Below, in pieces: positions 51,751-64,000 of a stretch of 64,000 bases of DNA; positions within the stretch are counted from its first letter, which is position 1, and each line of letters starts with the position of its first letter. Origin of the DNA: Torpedo marmorata (lineage: Eukaryota). Location of the stretch: contig OZ360220.1 in assembly GCA_977017645.1 (NCBI GenBank), positions 138,694,001-138,758,000 of the forward strand. The letters run 5' to 3'. Both the position numbers and the translations under genes were made by a program. Below the pieces are notes generated by a model. That model ran no database searches, was not told where the DNA came from, and saw only the letters and a program-made list of their open reading frames with translations.

Positions 51751-52631
51751 AAGTATATCAACATCTCAGCCACTATTGCTATTATACTGTATATCACCCA
51801 GGCAAAAGAACCAGAGTGGTTTGCATAAAGTTCACATGATCTTAACTGCACTTCCTGAAAGAGTAACGGAAATAGGTTCAACAACAAGTTCCTCAGTGGA
51901 ATTAGACAACTATCTGAGGTGGTGTAATTTATGGGGAAGGATGGTACTCCCAAAGAATTAGAGGAGGCACAGCTGAACAGCTGCCTGCAGTGTGAGAGTG
52001 TTGCACACTTGACCCAACTTCAAATCCATTGACACACCATCACAGATGCATTTGCAGAAAATGAAAGGGAAATAGTTGCCTGAACAGCTGTTGACATTTC
52101 CACATGACCCTAATAACCTGTACTCCCTTTCCACTCCCCAGTTCTTAGACTAATCTGATGACCCTGTGCAAATGAATGATTATGAGGCTCCAATTACTAC
52201 TCCAGTCTGCCACTCCCACTTTTCTGAAGACCACATGTAGCTTCGCTTTAACTTCCTGTTGAAAACGCTGCTCAATCTCGTTATGACAAAACAGAAGATT
52301 TTTTTTGTTTTATTTTGTCGGTGGAGACAGAATCAGCAAATGGCTCTTCCGACAGAGCAGCAATCGCACTGTTGCGATTCGCTGCACCGTGTTAAACAAA
52401 CATTTTAAATTTCCAACCAACTACTTACTTCATGAAATCTATCCCTGGTTTAGTGCCTTCTAAGTGCTAGGGAGTACAAGCCAAATTTATGCATCAGGAT
52501 CTCAGAATTTAACCCTTTAAGCCACAGAATTGCCCTGGTGAATTGCTGCTGCACTCTCCAAAGGCCACTGTAGGTTTTGTGAAGAGCAATGTCCTAGACT
52601 GAACACAACTCCAAGTCTTTTGTCAACTTTT

Positions 52632-52994
52632 GTCTACAAGATTATGAGAGGCATAGATAGGGTGGACAGCCAGCACCTGTTTCCCAGGGCAGGAATAGCA
52701 AACACTAGAGGACATGAGTACAAAGTGAAGGGAGGGAAGTTTAGGGGAGACATCGGGGAAAGTTTTTTTTTCCCCACGAAGAGTTGTTGGTGCCTGGAAT
52801 GTCTTGCCAGGGATGGTGGTGGAGGCTGAAACATTAGGGGCATTGAAGAGACTCTTAGACAGGCACATGGATGGAAGAAAAATAGAGGGTTATGGGGTAG
52901 GGAGGGTTTAGTAGGTTTTTTTTTTTAAGGAATATGGGTCGGCACAACATCGATGACCAAAGGGCCTGTACTGTGCTGTAATGTTCTATGTTCT
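52632..52994 (+). mobile_element. CR1 LINE 3' stub
   Basis: YKIMRGIDRVDSQHLFPRAG; GTTCTAT tail; same subfamily as the 3' end at 7580-7899. Confidence 0.9.
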
Positions 52995-55924
52995 CCCAAC
53001 AGCTTGGCAAAGTGGAAGGTTTTAAGCAGCATCTTAAAACGTTTTGAGAAAGGAAAGCCAGTGTATGGGGCAGGGCACCAGTGATGGAGTGGAGTAAACT
53101 AGGGTTGTAGTGGACAACTTTGACTTTAAAAGAGAGATGTTTTGATGAGAAACTAAAAATGCAGGGCATTAGCTCTTGTTTCAGTTTAAATAGCTCATCT
53201 AATGAGAATGTCCATCTGAATAAAGTTTTGACAGGAAGGAGAGAACAGCCTCTGGAATATCTCCAAGGACATCTTTCGGGAGAAAGTAAGAAAAGGCAAC
53301 TGAGCAATCATTCAACTTACACTTTTATATCACTCTGCGTGATGCCTGGGTGTTTTTTTTTTACATTGTCGGCCAGTTTTAGAAGAGTTCCGCGATTTGG
53401 TCTTCCATGACTCAGGGCTGAGTCTCTGTTTGGGTAAATTAGGAAGAACCCACAACCGCAGAACTTCTGCAAATTCAGTTGGAGAGTTGACGGAGCAATG
53501 CACCCCACTCTGACCACCACACAGTTCAGTCTCTGGCTTTTTTTTTAACCCTACGTATCACACGTGGTTGGAGTTTCCCCATTGTGATCTCATACTAGTC
53601 CTGCCTCTGCAGCTGCCATCGCCACTTTTAGAAATGTTATGCAATGCTTCCCTCAAGATATACAATTTTTTCCAAATACAACACAATTTTACTCGTTCTT
53701 GCTGATTTTTAAACAAGATTAAGAAGCACATTCACTGATTAACCTGCACGCCAGATCCTCACCTTTTCACTGTTCTTACACTTTATAGTACATTTATATT
53801 AAGTATTAGCTGAAGATCAACTTGTTGTGTAAATGAATCTTAAACATTAGAGGCTAATTTTCCAATTGATGATACCTTAATGCTGACAACAAGCATTTGT
53901 TGTTTCCAGTCTTATTAAAACATAAAAGCAAGTCCTTCTGTACTTTTTTTTCCACAGTTTACCATGCTAATCTCTTTGGACGTCTTGGCTTCCCTTTCTT
54001 TTTCAGTTGGTATTTTTCTTCTTTCTTTGTCTTGCTCCCTCAAGATACATGTCGATTAAGCACAAACAGCTCCAACCACAAACTGCATTTGTATATTGCA
54101 CGTCATGGGGTAAAACAACAGCATTTGCTCCACAAGCTCATTCATACAAAAACTGCTATCTGCATAAAGAGTCAACTCCCAGGTAATCTGGGTTGGGAAA
54201 GTGAAGCAGTTCTTAAACGGAATGCGTCACTGGATGAACTGGTTATAAATGTGATCCAGGCCAACACCCAGTGCAGTACCAAGGAGTGATGCACTGTTGG
54301 AGTATCTTTGTATGTTAAGATGAGGCTCAACATGAGTCTTCCAGGATATACAAGTTTTCAAGTGAACACCAATTCTCCCCAGCTTCCTTGCCAATGTTTC
54401 TTATAATTAATATAAATTGTACATCAAAACCCTAGTGATCTGAATTACTATATTTCAAAAGTACTTTTATGAACCATACACAATTCTAAAACACATTGTA
54501 CAATTTTAAAATTGTCCTTTTCTTTAACCACAAACAGTTCTACATTGCTGGTAGAACCAGGTGTTACCTGCTCTCTGCAAAATTCTATGATGTAAACCAA
54601 GTCATTGATGAGCTTCTAAGATGACCCCCCTCCCCCCCCCCCCCCCCCCCCACGATGCTGGAGTGTTGTGGGGCCATGGTTGTTGGACAGTAAACAAAAT
54701 CCATCATCCTTGCTAGTCCTACTTATTGGGTTCAACAACAGCGCTCCTGCCACATCACAAGGTTACGGATCACAATAGCAGTATAGGGAGCTGAACTTCA
54801 GTGCAGTGCTGAATAAAATGTCTTCATGAATGTATTAAGGCACATGTATCAAAAGAGATAGTGGTTTATTTTTCAAGATAAAACTCAACTCACATATGTG
54901 GAGCATCCAAACTACAGGCTAAATTTTCCATTTAATGTCACTTCCAAAGCAAGAACATTACAGAACTCTGTCCACAGGATGACACAAGGTTTGCCCATGC
55001 ACAGAACTACCACATTGCTCATATCCCACTTTTTACGAAAAAGTTATTTTTGTTGATCTCGTTTTATACTTTCAAAAACTGGTTGTGATTGCCACCTTTA
55101 CTCAAAAATTTGTCTTTGTCGCCATTACTATGTGTGGCATGGTCTCAACCCACTCTTTGAGTAAACGTTCAAACTAATTCCCTCTTTTCTGCTCATTTCA
55201 AGTTGCCACCAAAAATTGCTCATCTTAACCTTAAATATGCCAGCAGTTGAAATGTGGCCCACCTTTAGGGAACCTCATTAAGTCAGCAGATTTAAAATGA
55301 CAGTGCACAATGGCCATTACATAAAACACCAATTGGTCTCAGTGCTCCTGAAGTTTAGTTTTTCAGCCTTGGACTTTGCTATGGTTCTTTGTTTAGACTT
55401 TCACCTGTATCAGTCACTTGTGATGGAGGAAGTTCTCCAGCATTCTTGGACGTCCCTCCATAGGAACATCAGTTTTGCATGCAAGTTCGAAAGTCAGACT
55501 TTGCATCCTCAAAGGTTTGGAACAAATTTGCTCATTTCCAGTCCATAATTTGATTTCACTCATACAAGTCAGGGCAGCCATGTTGGTCCATTGCAGTAAA
55601 ACAGTGACATGCCTAAACTTGGTGCATGCAAGTAGTCCAGAGATAGGTCAATACCATCATTCCTTGCTACTGTGGCTTGCTCATCAGTACATGTAGAGAC
55701 CCTGGATAAATGAACTTCATTAAGTGTCAGAGAAGACAGATTTTGTGCTACAAACACAACTAAAATCTCGTCAAGCAATAATCAATGTTCTTCAACAATC
55801 ATGAAGAAACCCTACCCAACGTCCCATTCCTATATTAGTTTGTAATGCCTCCCCAGCTCCGTTGAAACAATGACTATGTAGATCAAAAGTAATGGTTTAA
55901 TTACAAGCTGTAACATTTATTTAT

Positions 55925-56148
55925 TTACAACACAGTAGAAGCAGGTTCTGGCCATTGGAATCTGTGCCTCCCAATTAACCTACCAATCCCATACATTTTT
56001 GGAGGGTGGGAGGAAACCAGAGAACCCGGGTAAAATCCACGCAGTCATGAGGAGACCGTACAAACTCCTTGCAAATAGTGCCAGATTTGAACCCGGGTCG
56101 CTAGTGCTGTAATAGGGTTGCACTATCCACTATGCTAATCATGCTGCT
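55925..56148 (-). mobile_element. V-SINE
   Basis: Reverse V-domain and tRNA head. Confidence 0.78.
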
Positions 56149-59100
56149 CTTAACCCATACAAGTGTTGAGACTGTTCTGTTTGATATCATTATTATTAGA
56201 TAGCAGGAGTATCAAGGATTCTCTTTTCCAACAGCATCACAATGAACAATTGCACACATGGACAAAAAGCTGCTGGATCGTCCTCTCCAAACATCCCTTC
56301 ATTGTAACATTGCACACAAGTTTCCACTGCCTGTCCAGGGAGATGTTAATAGCTTCAGATGGGACTGGGTCACTTTTGTCTCTGAATCAAAAATGAATCT
56401 ATTCTTCTCCACTGTTGTCAGCGTATGGATGACAGCTGTGGTCACCAACTTGGTTAGGACTTTAAAAGAATTCTCAGATTTCTGAGATGGTGCAGCTCAA
56501 ATGCAGATCTGCCCACATCTCTCTCTTTTCAAAATTTGTCTGGAAAGATTGTCTTGGATAGAATATAATGAATTCTTTCCTGCATGTGTTAATGGGAAGT
56601 ATCCCTGTGGTTAGAATTTCCCACCTTGGAACAGTTTAGCACAGTGCAAACACACACACACACAGAAACTTAAGACGTTTTTAACCCCACACCCATCTTG
56701 TGAAAATGTTGTACTCATTTCCCTGTGGAGTGAAGGTTTACACAGTTTTTGCACAGTTCCTATCTCTTACAGCCTTGGGGCCATGCCAGATAAGGCACCA
56801 TGGTTACAATAAATATTTACCATCCAAACTGATTTCAATGTAAAAACCATGAATTTGCCATCAATGAGAACTGTTCCCTCAGTTTGGTTCTACAGATCAA
56901 CAGACTGGTGCAAGGTTTCCCCTTCATCACCGGTTGTGGGACTCTAGGTCTGGGGTGCCAGCTGGCTTGGGGGCTCTATTTTAAGCGATGTGTGGAATCC
57001 GAGAGGGAGAATGTGTAGGCTGGTGTTGAGAGGGGTGGCCCCCTACCTGAACATGGACGTCCAAGATGGGGTCAACAAAAGGGTGATGAGAATGAAACCA
57101 AGTTGATGAACGGTCTGGAACGCAAGGAATTGGCCGATTCTCTCCCTGCTTCAGTGAGCCAAGGTTCTCTTTGCACTTCTAGTTCATGTTCAAGGGCACA
57201 TCATGGAAATGCATACCTCAAGAAATTTGGCTTGTCAGAAATATCTAGATTGTCTATTCAAGGTGGGATACAGCAGCAATTGTGCAAAGCAGAGCTGCGC
57301 TTTAACATTACAATCACATGAAGCTGCCAAAGGGTTGAACAGACCTTGCTGAACTAGTTTTTTTGTTACAATAATAGGCTGAGAGTACAATATCAGGACA
57401 GAGTGTTTGATTGTGTTTCATGCAGCACTGTTAATGCTAAGAAATGCATTTCTCAGTACTTCATGATTTTGTCAAAACTACCAATCCAAAACTCTGTTAG
57501 CAACACAAAGGGAACCTTCTCAATCAGCCTTCTTCCTCATCTCAAAATAACTATAATGTAAAAGGTGCTGTCTACAGTCTGAAGTGATCATTACGAGTAG
57601 GTGATATTCTTAGAACACTTCCTCTCCCTGCAGTGCTAGACTTCTCCCTTCAAATTCATGACTCAGTCCCACAGCTACTCCCCGAAACCCATTCTTAATC
57701 TCAGAGTTTCTATGGCGAGAAGCAATGTGATATTTGACTGCAGACGGCAGTTAAATAGTCTCAGTGTTGCTTCCAATCCCCATATTTACATACAAACCCA
57801 CCCCAACAGCAGCACTGAATGCAATCAGATGTAGGTTTTGATTGAATTGTTCATAGTTCTGTGTACAAAAATATAGTGAAAAGCTTAGTGTTGTGTGCCA
57901 TACAGGCAGCTCACAAAAAATTACCATTTTCCACACTCCAGTGACATTTTTGGATGATTATGCTCTCATTGATAAGAAGTGGGTAAGGAAATCCATCTCA
58001 GTCCATGGATCCAGTCACAATCTTCTGGAGACCAATGTTATAGCACTGCAGCAAGCAAGGAGAAAGCTGGAAATCTGGACTGTGGATAATACCTGGGTAC
58101 CTAAAAAAAGAAGCACTGCCATTCTTTTATAAGCACAAGAAATAAAAATGACAGGGAGTAGAATGAATGCACAAGAGCATATGCTGTGCACCAGATAACC
58201 CCATCTACTGAGACACACGTGCCTTTGGGAGCAGAGATAGCGTACTTTTTTGAAGAGTCATTCAAAGAACTGATGTACTCTGGATATTCCTCACCACCCC
58301 TTTAGCTTCAAATATCTGTGGAACATGTGCCAACAGAAACAGAATTTCAACACCTGCATTTTCTCTGCTTGTCTGGTTATAGGGAGCAGCACTGGGACAG
58401 GGAGAAGCAGAGAGTCCTGCTGTCTGACATTCCTCAGATAACCACACAAACAACTCAGGCAGTTGCAGAAACAAATGTTGAAACAGTTGCTTCCTCGTGG
58501 ATTAGCTGGTCTTCCCCAGCAAATTTTTAAATGTTATTCATCTCCAGTCAAAAGTGCAAAAACTGTTGAACACGTTTTCTTTCCCATTTCCTACCCAGTG
58601 TCTCTCAAGATTTATTTTTGTTGCCCCAATCCCCATCCTGGACCTCTTAAAAATTGGTTGTTAGTTTTGCTCCTCTATTGGAGAGAGGCATTCAGACACA
58701 AGGGAAATAATTCTCTGGGTCGATTTTACAGGATTAAGCGTCTTAACTCACAGCAAGTTTACAGAGCCACAAGTTAATGCTTCATTCTATTTATTTATTT
58801 ATTTTTCGGTTGTTTGTGCTCTGTAAACCACCTGTCAGCTGCAAGGTAAAAGATCTTGAGATTACAGGAGGATAATATTGACCCAGTTTGATTTTGAGAT
58901 CCACACAACTCACTGTGAATGCAACGCATCAGCATTCCTCGCAACAGTAACAGACCTCGTCCTATCGCTGAATCTTAATCATCTCAAGTCAGAGCCACAA
59001 CCATAATTACACTATTAATGTGCGGCTTGAGACTGGAATATTCCCTGCTCGGGCTGTGTGACTAGCAGCATTCATCAGCCCCAACAATTGCGGCCTTGCA

Positions 59101-61469
59101 CAATGCTGGGTCTATGAAAGCTCATTTCAGCAACGCATTTGCTCAATAATTTATTGTTATCTTGCTCAACACACGCCAGACAAATGAATGCGGGGACATA
59201 GAAAGAAATACAAGCACGTTGCACTTTTTATCCACCCTTTCACTCCACTGGGGTTGCAGGCCAGTGTCTATGAAATACATTGGGTCACTCTGGAACAGGC
59301 ACGAATAGGAGAAAGAAAGGATCATTTTCACAATATAGCCAGTTTGTCAATAAATGCTGCAGTGTTAAGGAAGAACAGATCCCTCTTTTGTCTACTATAA
59401 ATGTGCATAATCAGAGCAAATGCATCAACACTCCTGATCCATCACATTAGAGATGGTTTAATGTCAACATTTTATCCTTTCAACATTCTTCCTTAAAATT
59501 CCCTATTAGAATAAAATCAGAACTGTTACAACACTGAAGACCATTCAGCCCAATGGATCAGGGTCATGTCATCTTGTCCCACCCTGACTTTGCATTGCCC
59601 CACCTTCTCTGCCTAACTAAATTCCAGCACAATGTTGCCACCCTGCAGATTAAAGCAACATATTAGAGCAACACAGGCTCATTAATATTAAAATAGTTCA
59701 TAACCATCATTACATGTTCCAAGGAGACAGCAACAGAACCAAAACATTCAAAGGCTCACCCTACCCTGTACAATGGGTGATTTATTTCTGAACTGTGTAC
59801 CGATACAAGCAGCAATCTGTAGTGCTTCGTTGAAGTAATCAATTCATTTGTTTGAGCCCCTTATTTCTGTAAGTATTTCACTTGTTTTCCTTCCAGTTGA
59901 TATGGCAACAGCTAAAGGGAAGAAGGAGAGTGCAGTTGTTGCTGCTGTTTCACTGATTAAAGAGCAGAGAGAAGAAATGCAAATATTAATTGATCAGAAG
60001 GGTCAACATTGAAATCAACAGTCAAACATTCAAGGCCTTCTTGACTGTGGTAAACACACCGAAATGGTGGAGCTGGTCATTTCAGCATCTATAGGAGACA
60101 AAGATATATTGCCGATGTTTCGGGCCTGAGCCCTTCTTTAGGGAAAAAAAAAAATCAGAAAAGGCAGAAGCAGGATATTCTTGACTGTGTGCAAGTCCCA
60201 TAAATCCCTCTTTGAAAAGTGTGGTACTACTGTTTGGGAACTCAAATTTACTAGGTTATTAACAGTCAAAGGATCTCACTAGAATGGCCTTGGCAAGTCT
60301 TTTTCTCTTTTGCCTAAAACAGTTTAAAATTGTGTTGCCACATTCTATCTTCCAGCACCTTGGAACTCAGCCCATTGCAGGCTCCATATAATTAGTGACA
60401 TCACTCAGCCAGAGTTGGGAGATTTAAAGATGAAAAGAGATTTCACTGGCAGAACCTGGTTGCTTTTTGTCGCTTGTTTCAGGACATGTGGAATGTGCAT
60501 GGAAACTGTTCCATATCAAACGATAGCAAATCTGACCAAGGGAGATCACTGGATGGTGTATTTTTGCATCCCTGATCTCAGCATACTTTGTGCTGTAGTG
60601 AAAGAACATGCATTTATTAGCACCTTTCCTGACTGTGGATACCTCACAAAAAATTAACTCCAGAGTCTTGTAACTTAAGAAATTATGGCAACCAATTTAC
60701 ACACAGTAAAGACTTCCAATCAGCAATAACCAGATAATTAAAGTTAGTGTGGTTGGTTGAGGAATAAACAAAATTGCTCCTTGGAAACAGCTTACCCATC
60801 TCAGCTGATTACTGCTTGGAAATGAGCAACCCTGTTGGAACCCCATTTCAGATCACAACCTCATTTGTCCAAACTGGAGCAGTTAGTAGGGATTTGAATA
60901 TTTTCAATTTCATGTTCCGAACACCAAGCTCCCCTTTTGTCTTGCATCCCTACAAAGTGTTCTTGATATCCACATCTGTTGTTTTACCTCCCTAACTTTC
61001 ATTGTCTTTATATGATTAAAACTCATTATGATGAAAGGTATCGACCTGACACTTTGATCCTGTTTCTCTCTACAGATGCACCCTGACTTGCTGAGCATTT
61101 CCATCATTTTCCGTTTTTCTTCAGATTTCTTGCATCCATAGTACCTCGCGTTTTTTAATTTGTAAAATGTTCCTACTCATTATTATTCAATGTGATGGCC
61201 AGAGGCAGATACTCAATTCACAAATTCAAGATAATTTTTTTAATATATACACAAACACACTATGATTGGTTGCGCTTCCTTCGCTTGCCAGTAATTAGGA
61301 ATTAATGAGGAGAGCTTCTGAATTAACTTTAGGTTTAAAAACAATGCAAAAGGTTAAATAATAGTTACTAGTTGCAACCCAAAATTATGGGCAAAGTCAT
61401 CCCCTCACTACCATTTTCAATTGTTTCTGAAATAATTTTGGATTTTCGGCCTCTACTATCACCATTGTT

Positions 61470-61975
61470 CAGTAGGGAGTGTCCCACATTTTAGATCCAA
61501 AAGGTTGTGGGTTCAAGCACCACCCAAGAGATTATTCTGATAGCATCCGTGCTAACTATTCTATTGCAATACCATGGCAGTAATCCACTGTTAGAACAAT
61601 CACCTTTGTGCATGAGACAGAGACCAGAGCTTCCAGCTGGATGCAAAAGGCCCCTTTACATCATTTCCAAGACAGTTCACGTCAGTAAAGATTTATCCAT
61701 CAACCAGCATTACAAAAACAGATGAATTGACCAGACAGAAATTAAAGAATTTCATGTATGTTACATTTTAAATGTAGTATTACGTGACAATAATGGAACC
61801 TTTACCTTTTTACCTTTACCTCATTCTTCCTCTGAAGGAGCTTTCTGTGCACTAACTGGCCACTCCATTTCCTGGAGAGCAACAGTGAATACACTTCAGA
61901 GGTGCTTTATTGACTGGAAAGCACTTTGGAATGTTCTTTTGGTTGTGAAGGAATACACGACTTGCTTTCATTTCC
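61470..61975 (+). mobile_element. Old Deu-domain SINE, interrupted by a LINE-tail stub (about 61730-61820)
   Basis: GGTTGTGGGTTCAAG B box; AACAGTGAATACACTTCAGAGG...AAAGCACTTTGGAATG resembles the Deu-SINE 3' region. Confidence 0.55.
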
Positions 61976-63792
61976 TGATCTGAGTCCTCTATATTTGCTT
62001 TATACAAGTTTGAACCAGGTCATGTTCTAGTTTGACCATTCAATGCAAGTTGGTAGTGACAATTCCACCAGCCTGGTTTGAGTTTCCTCTCTCAATATCT
62101 GTAGGAAACTGCATGTCTGTTGGCGAAGGCTCAACTGTGCCCCTTCCCCATGGTTGAAGAGGTGCCAACACTCGTTGATCTGGTGACACACACACAATGA
62201 ATAGCAGAGTAGAACCTACTCCCACTCAAGGCTGCAGAACAGAAAGGATGGACAAAAACATTAGAGAGCACAAGGGCAGCCATCACTGATTCGTTTACAG
62301 AGCAGACGACCATAGCGCATACCCTGCTCCCGGTAACACAAGGGACATCCTTTGAAAAGGAGAAACTCTTCCTGCTATTCCAGCAAAAAGATGTTTGTTG
62401 AAAGCTGCAGAGTCTTGTTTCAAGGTATTGTGGCTTCTTTTTGGGCAGTTATTTTTAATCCAAGTGTCCTTGAGTTAAAAAAAAAAACCACACTCGCAAT
62501 AAAACTGTACAGTTCCATTTCAGCATGCTCCTGCTGCCAAGACTGCAGCTAGATTTTCCACTTGTGAGATTCAGCGCATCTTAAAAAAAAAGATTAAATA
62601 ATGTTCTGTCTGGCCTTAAAGGTGCCACACACCAGTGGCTGATTTCATCCCTGGACGTGATGAGACATCCACAAAGAACGAGAGGTTAAGATTAATAATC
62701 AGCAATGGTGGAATACTACACTTAGCCTCAGCATTTATTGCCCAGATTGACATTTTTTTTTGTTGTGGGAAGGAGGTCCCATTAAACAGAATCCAGAACC
62801 AGAGGCTATCTTGAACTTGGGCAGCAGTTAAATAGGGAGAAGCCAGAAATCCAGCATTGGTGCAGTCATTTTTCACCTCTGGTTGAGCTCCATACTTTCA
62901 AGTGTCAGAAGTCCCCAGTGAACTATGTGGACAATATGCGCTCTTCCAAATTCATGATTGAAAATGGTTATTATATCCATCTAGATTGATCCCAGGTCAT
63001 TGTTTTAAAAAAGATCCACTGTTTACAAACACAAAGCATTAGACGTCTCCTTCAGTTGTGAAATACATAGCAATCACTGCTCTCCCAAGTTATTGGGCAA
63101 AGTGTATTATCAGACCAATTGCCTAGTCCTATTTATTAGTTTTTTTCCCTCAAGAGTTTAACGCTTCAGTAGAGCCTGATTTTTCATCATGAATTGGCTC
63201 AAAAGTCAGGCTCCTGAAAAAGAGGAAAACCACATCCCATTAATCCTGAGATGGTTTGCTGATCACCCCCCTCCCCTCGACAACACACTGAAGAGTAAAA
63301 TGTCTGATTGGATACTGCGAGGTGGCATTACAGCTCCTCTTGAAACAAGCAGGATACCTCGACATAAACAAACACATTACAGAAATTACTCAGAGCTTCG
63401 TAGCAACGGCGGGGATGGTTTAGAATGAGCTGGCTAACTTGTGAAAAGATCTTTCCTGGAATCACAGAATCCATTCAGCCCGCGGCTTTCATGCCATCGT
63501 TTGGTCGATCAAACCCGTCAGTTTCAGTCCCTCTCCCCTTTCCCCACAAACTCTTCTTCCCTCTCAAAGTGCCTGTCTAATTTCTTCCTGAACGCACCAA
63601 CTGATTCGGTCTCCTCGTCCTTAAAAATCGATCCCAAATCGTTATTATGCCAAGTAAAACAAAAATCGTTGCATCCCCTCTGCACTTTTTTTTGCCGAGA
63701 TTATTACATCTGTGTCGGCAGGTCATTGAACCATGCACTAACGGAAAAGACTCCGTCCACCTAACCCACTGGGAGTAAGAACCCGAGCCTAC

Positions 63793-63975
63793 CTCATTCA
63801 GGGGGAGATCGGGATCCAGCTGCGTGAAGCTGTTGAGGACCACGTTGCTAGGGTCTCCAGTCACCTCCAGCCTCACGGCATCCCAGATGGTCTTCATGCG
63901 TCTCGAACTGTCAAACATCTTCTGCCCGCTGACTGCCAAGTCATTTGGACACTCCGGCCACATTAGGTAAACCAT
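63793..63975 (-). CDS. RALGDS: RALGDS exon 1 (61 codons)
   Basis: MVYLMWPEC...IWDAVRLEV...FTQLDPDLPLNE, similar to the human RalGDS N-terminus; donor GAG|gtaggc, phase 0. Confidence 0.92.
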
Positions 63976-64000
63976 GAGAAAAGCTGGTGCTGTCTCCTCT

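Noticed and set aside
54626-54651. Poly(C) tract (potential G-quadruplex on the sense strand)
   Set aside because: A simple homopolymer of unreliable length with no supporting context.
63577-63792. ORF extension beyond RALGDS exon 1
   Set aside because: It is read-through past the splice donor into intron 1, where similarity to RalGDS stops.

Overview
Vertebrate genomic DNA, most likely a cartilaginous fish (elasmobranch), judged from the abundant CR1 LINEs and HE1-like V-SINEs; the species cannot be fixed from sequence alone. The window holds the complete coding region of one minus-strand gene, RALGDS (Ral guanine nucleotide dissociation stimulator). I traced 18 GT-AG exons by hand from the ATG at 63975 to the TAG at 12171. 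Their phases are consistent and they total 2433 nt (810 aa), covering the REM, CDC25/RasGEF and RA domains. The rest is intron and intergenic DNA full of transposons: the 5' end of a Gmr1-like Gypsy element, solo LTRs, CR1, L1 and Rex1/Babar-like LINEs, V-SINEs, a Deu-type SINE, Tc1/mariner and hAT MITEs, and palindromic repeats. I found no convincing novel protein-coding system. The best leads are a CpG-rich solo LTR carrying NRF1 motifs and a perfect splice donor in the last intron, a non-autonomous CpG-rich retroelement family with LINE-like tails, and inverted LTR/SINE pairs that could fold the RALGDS pre-mRNA.
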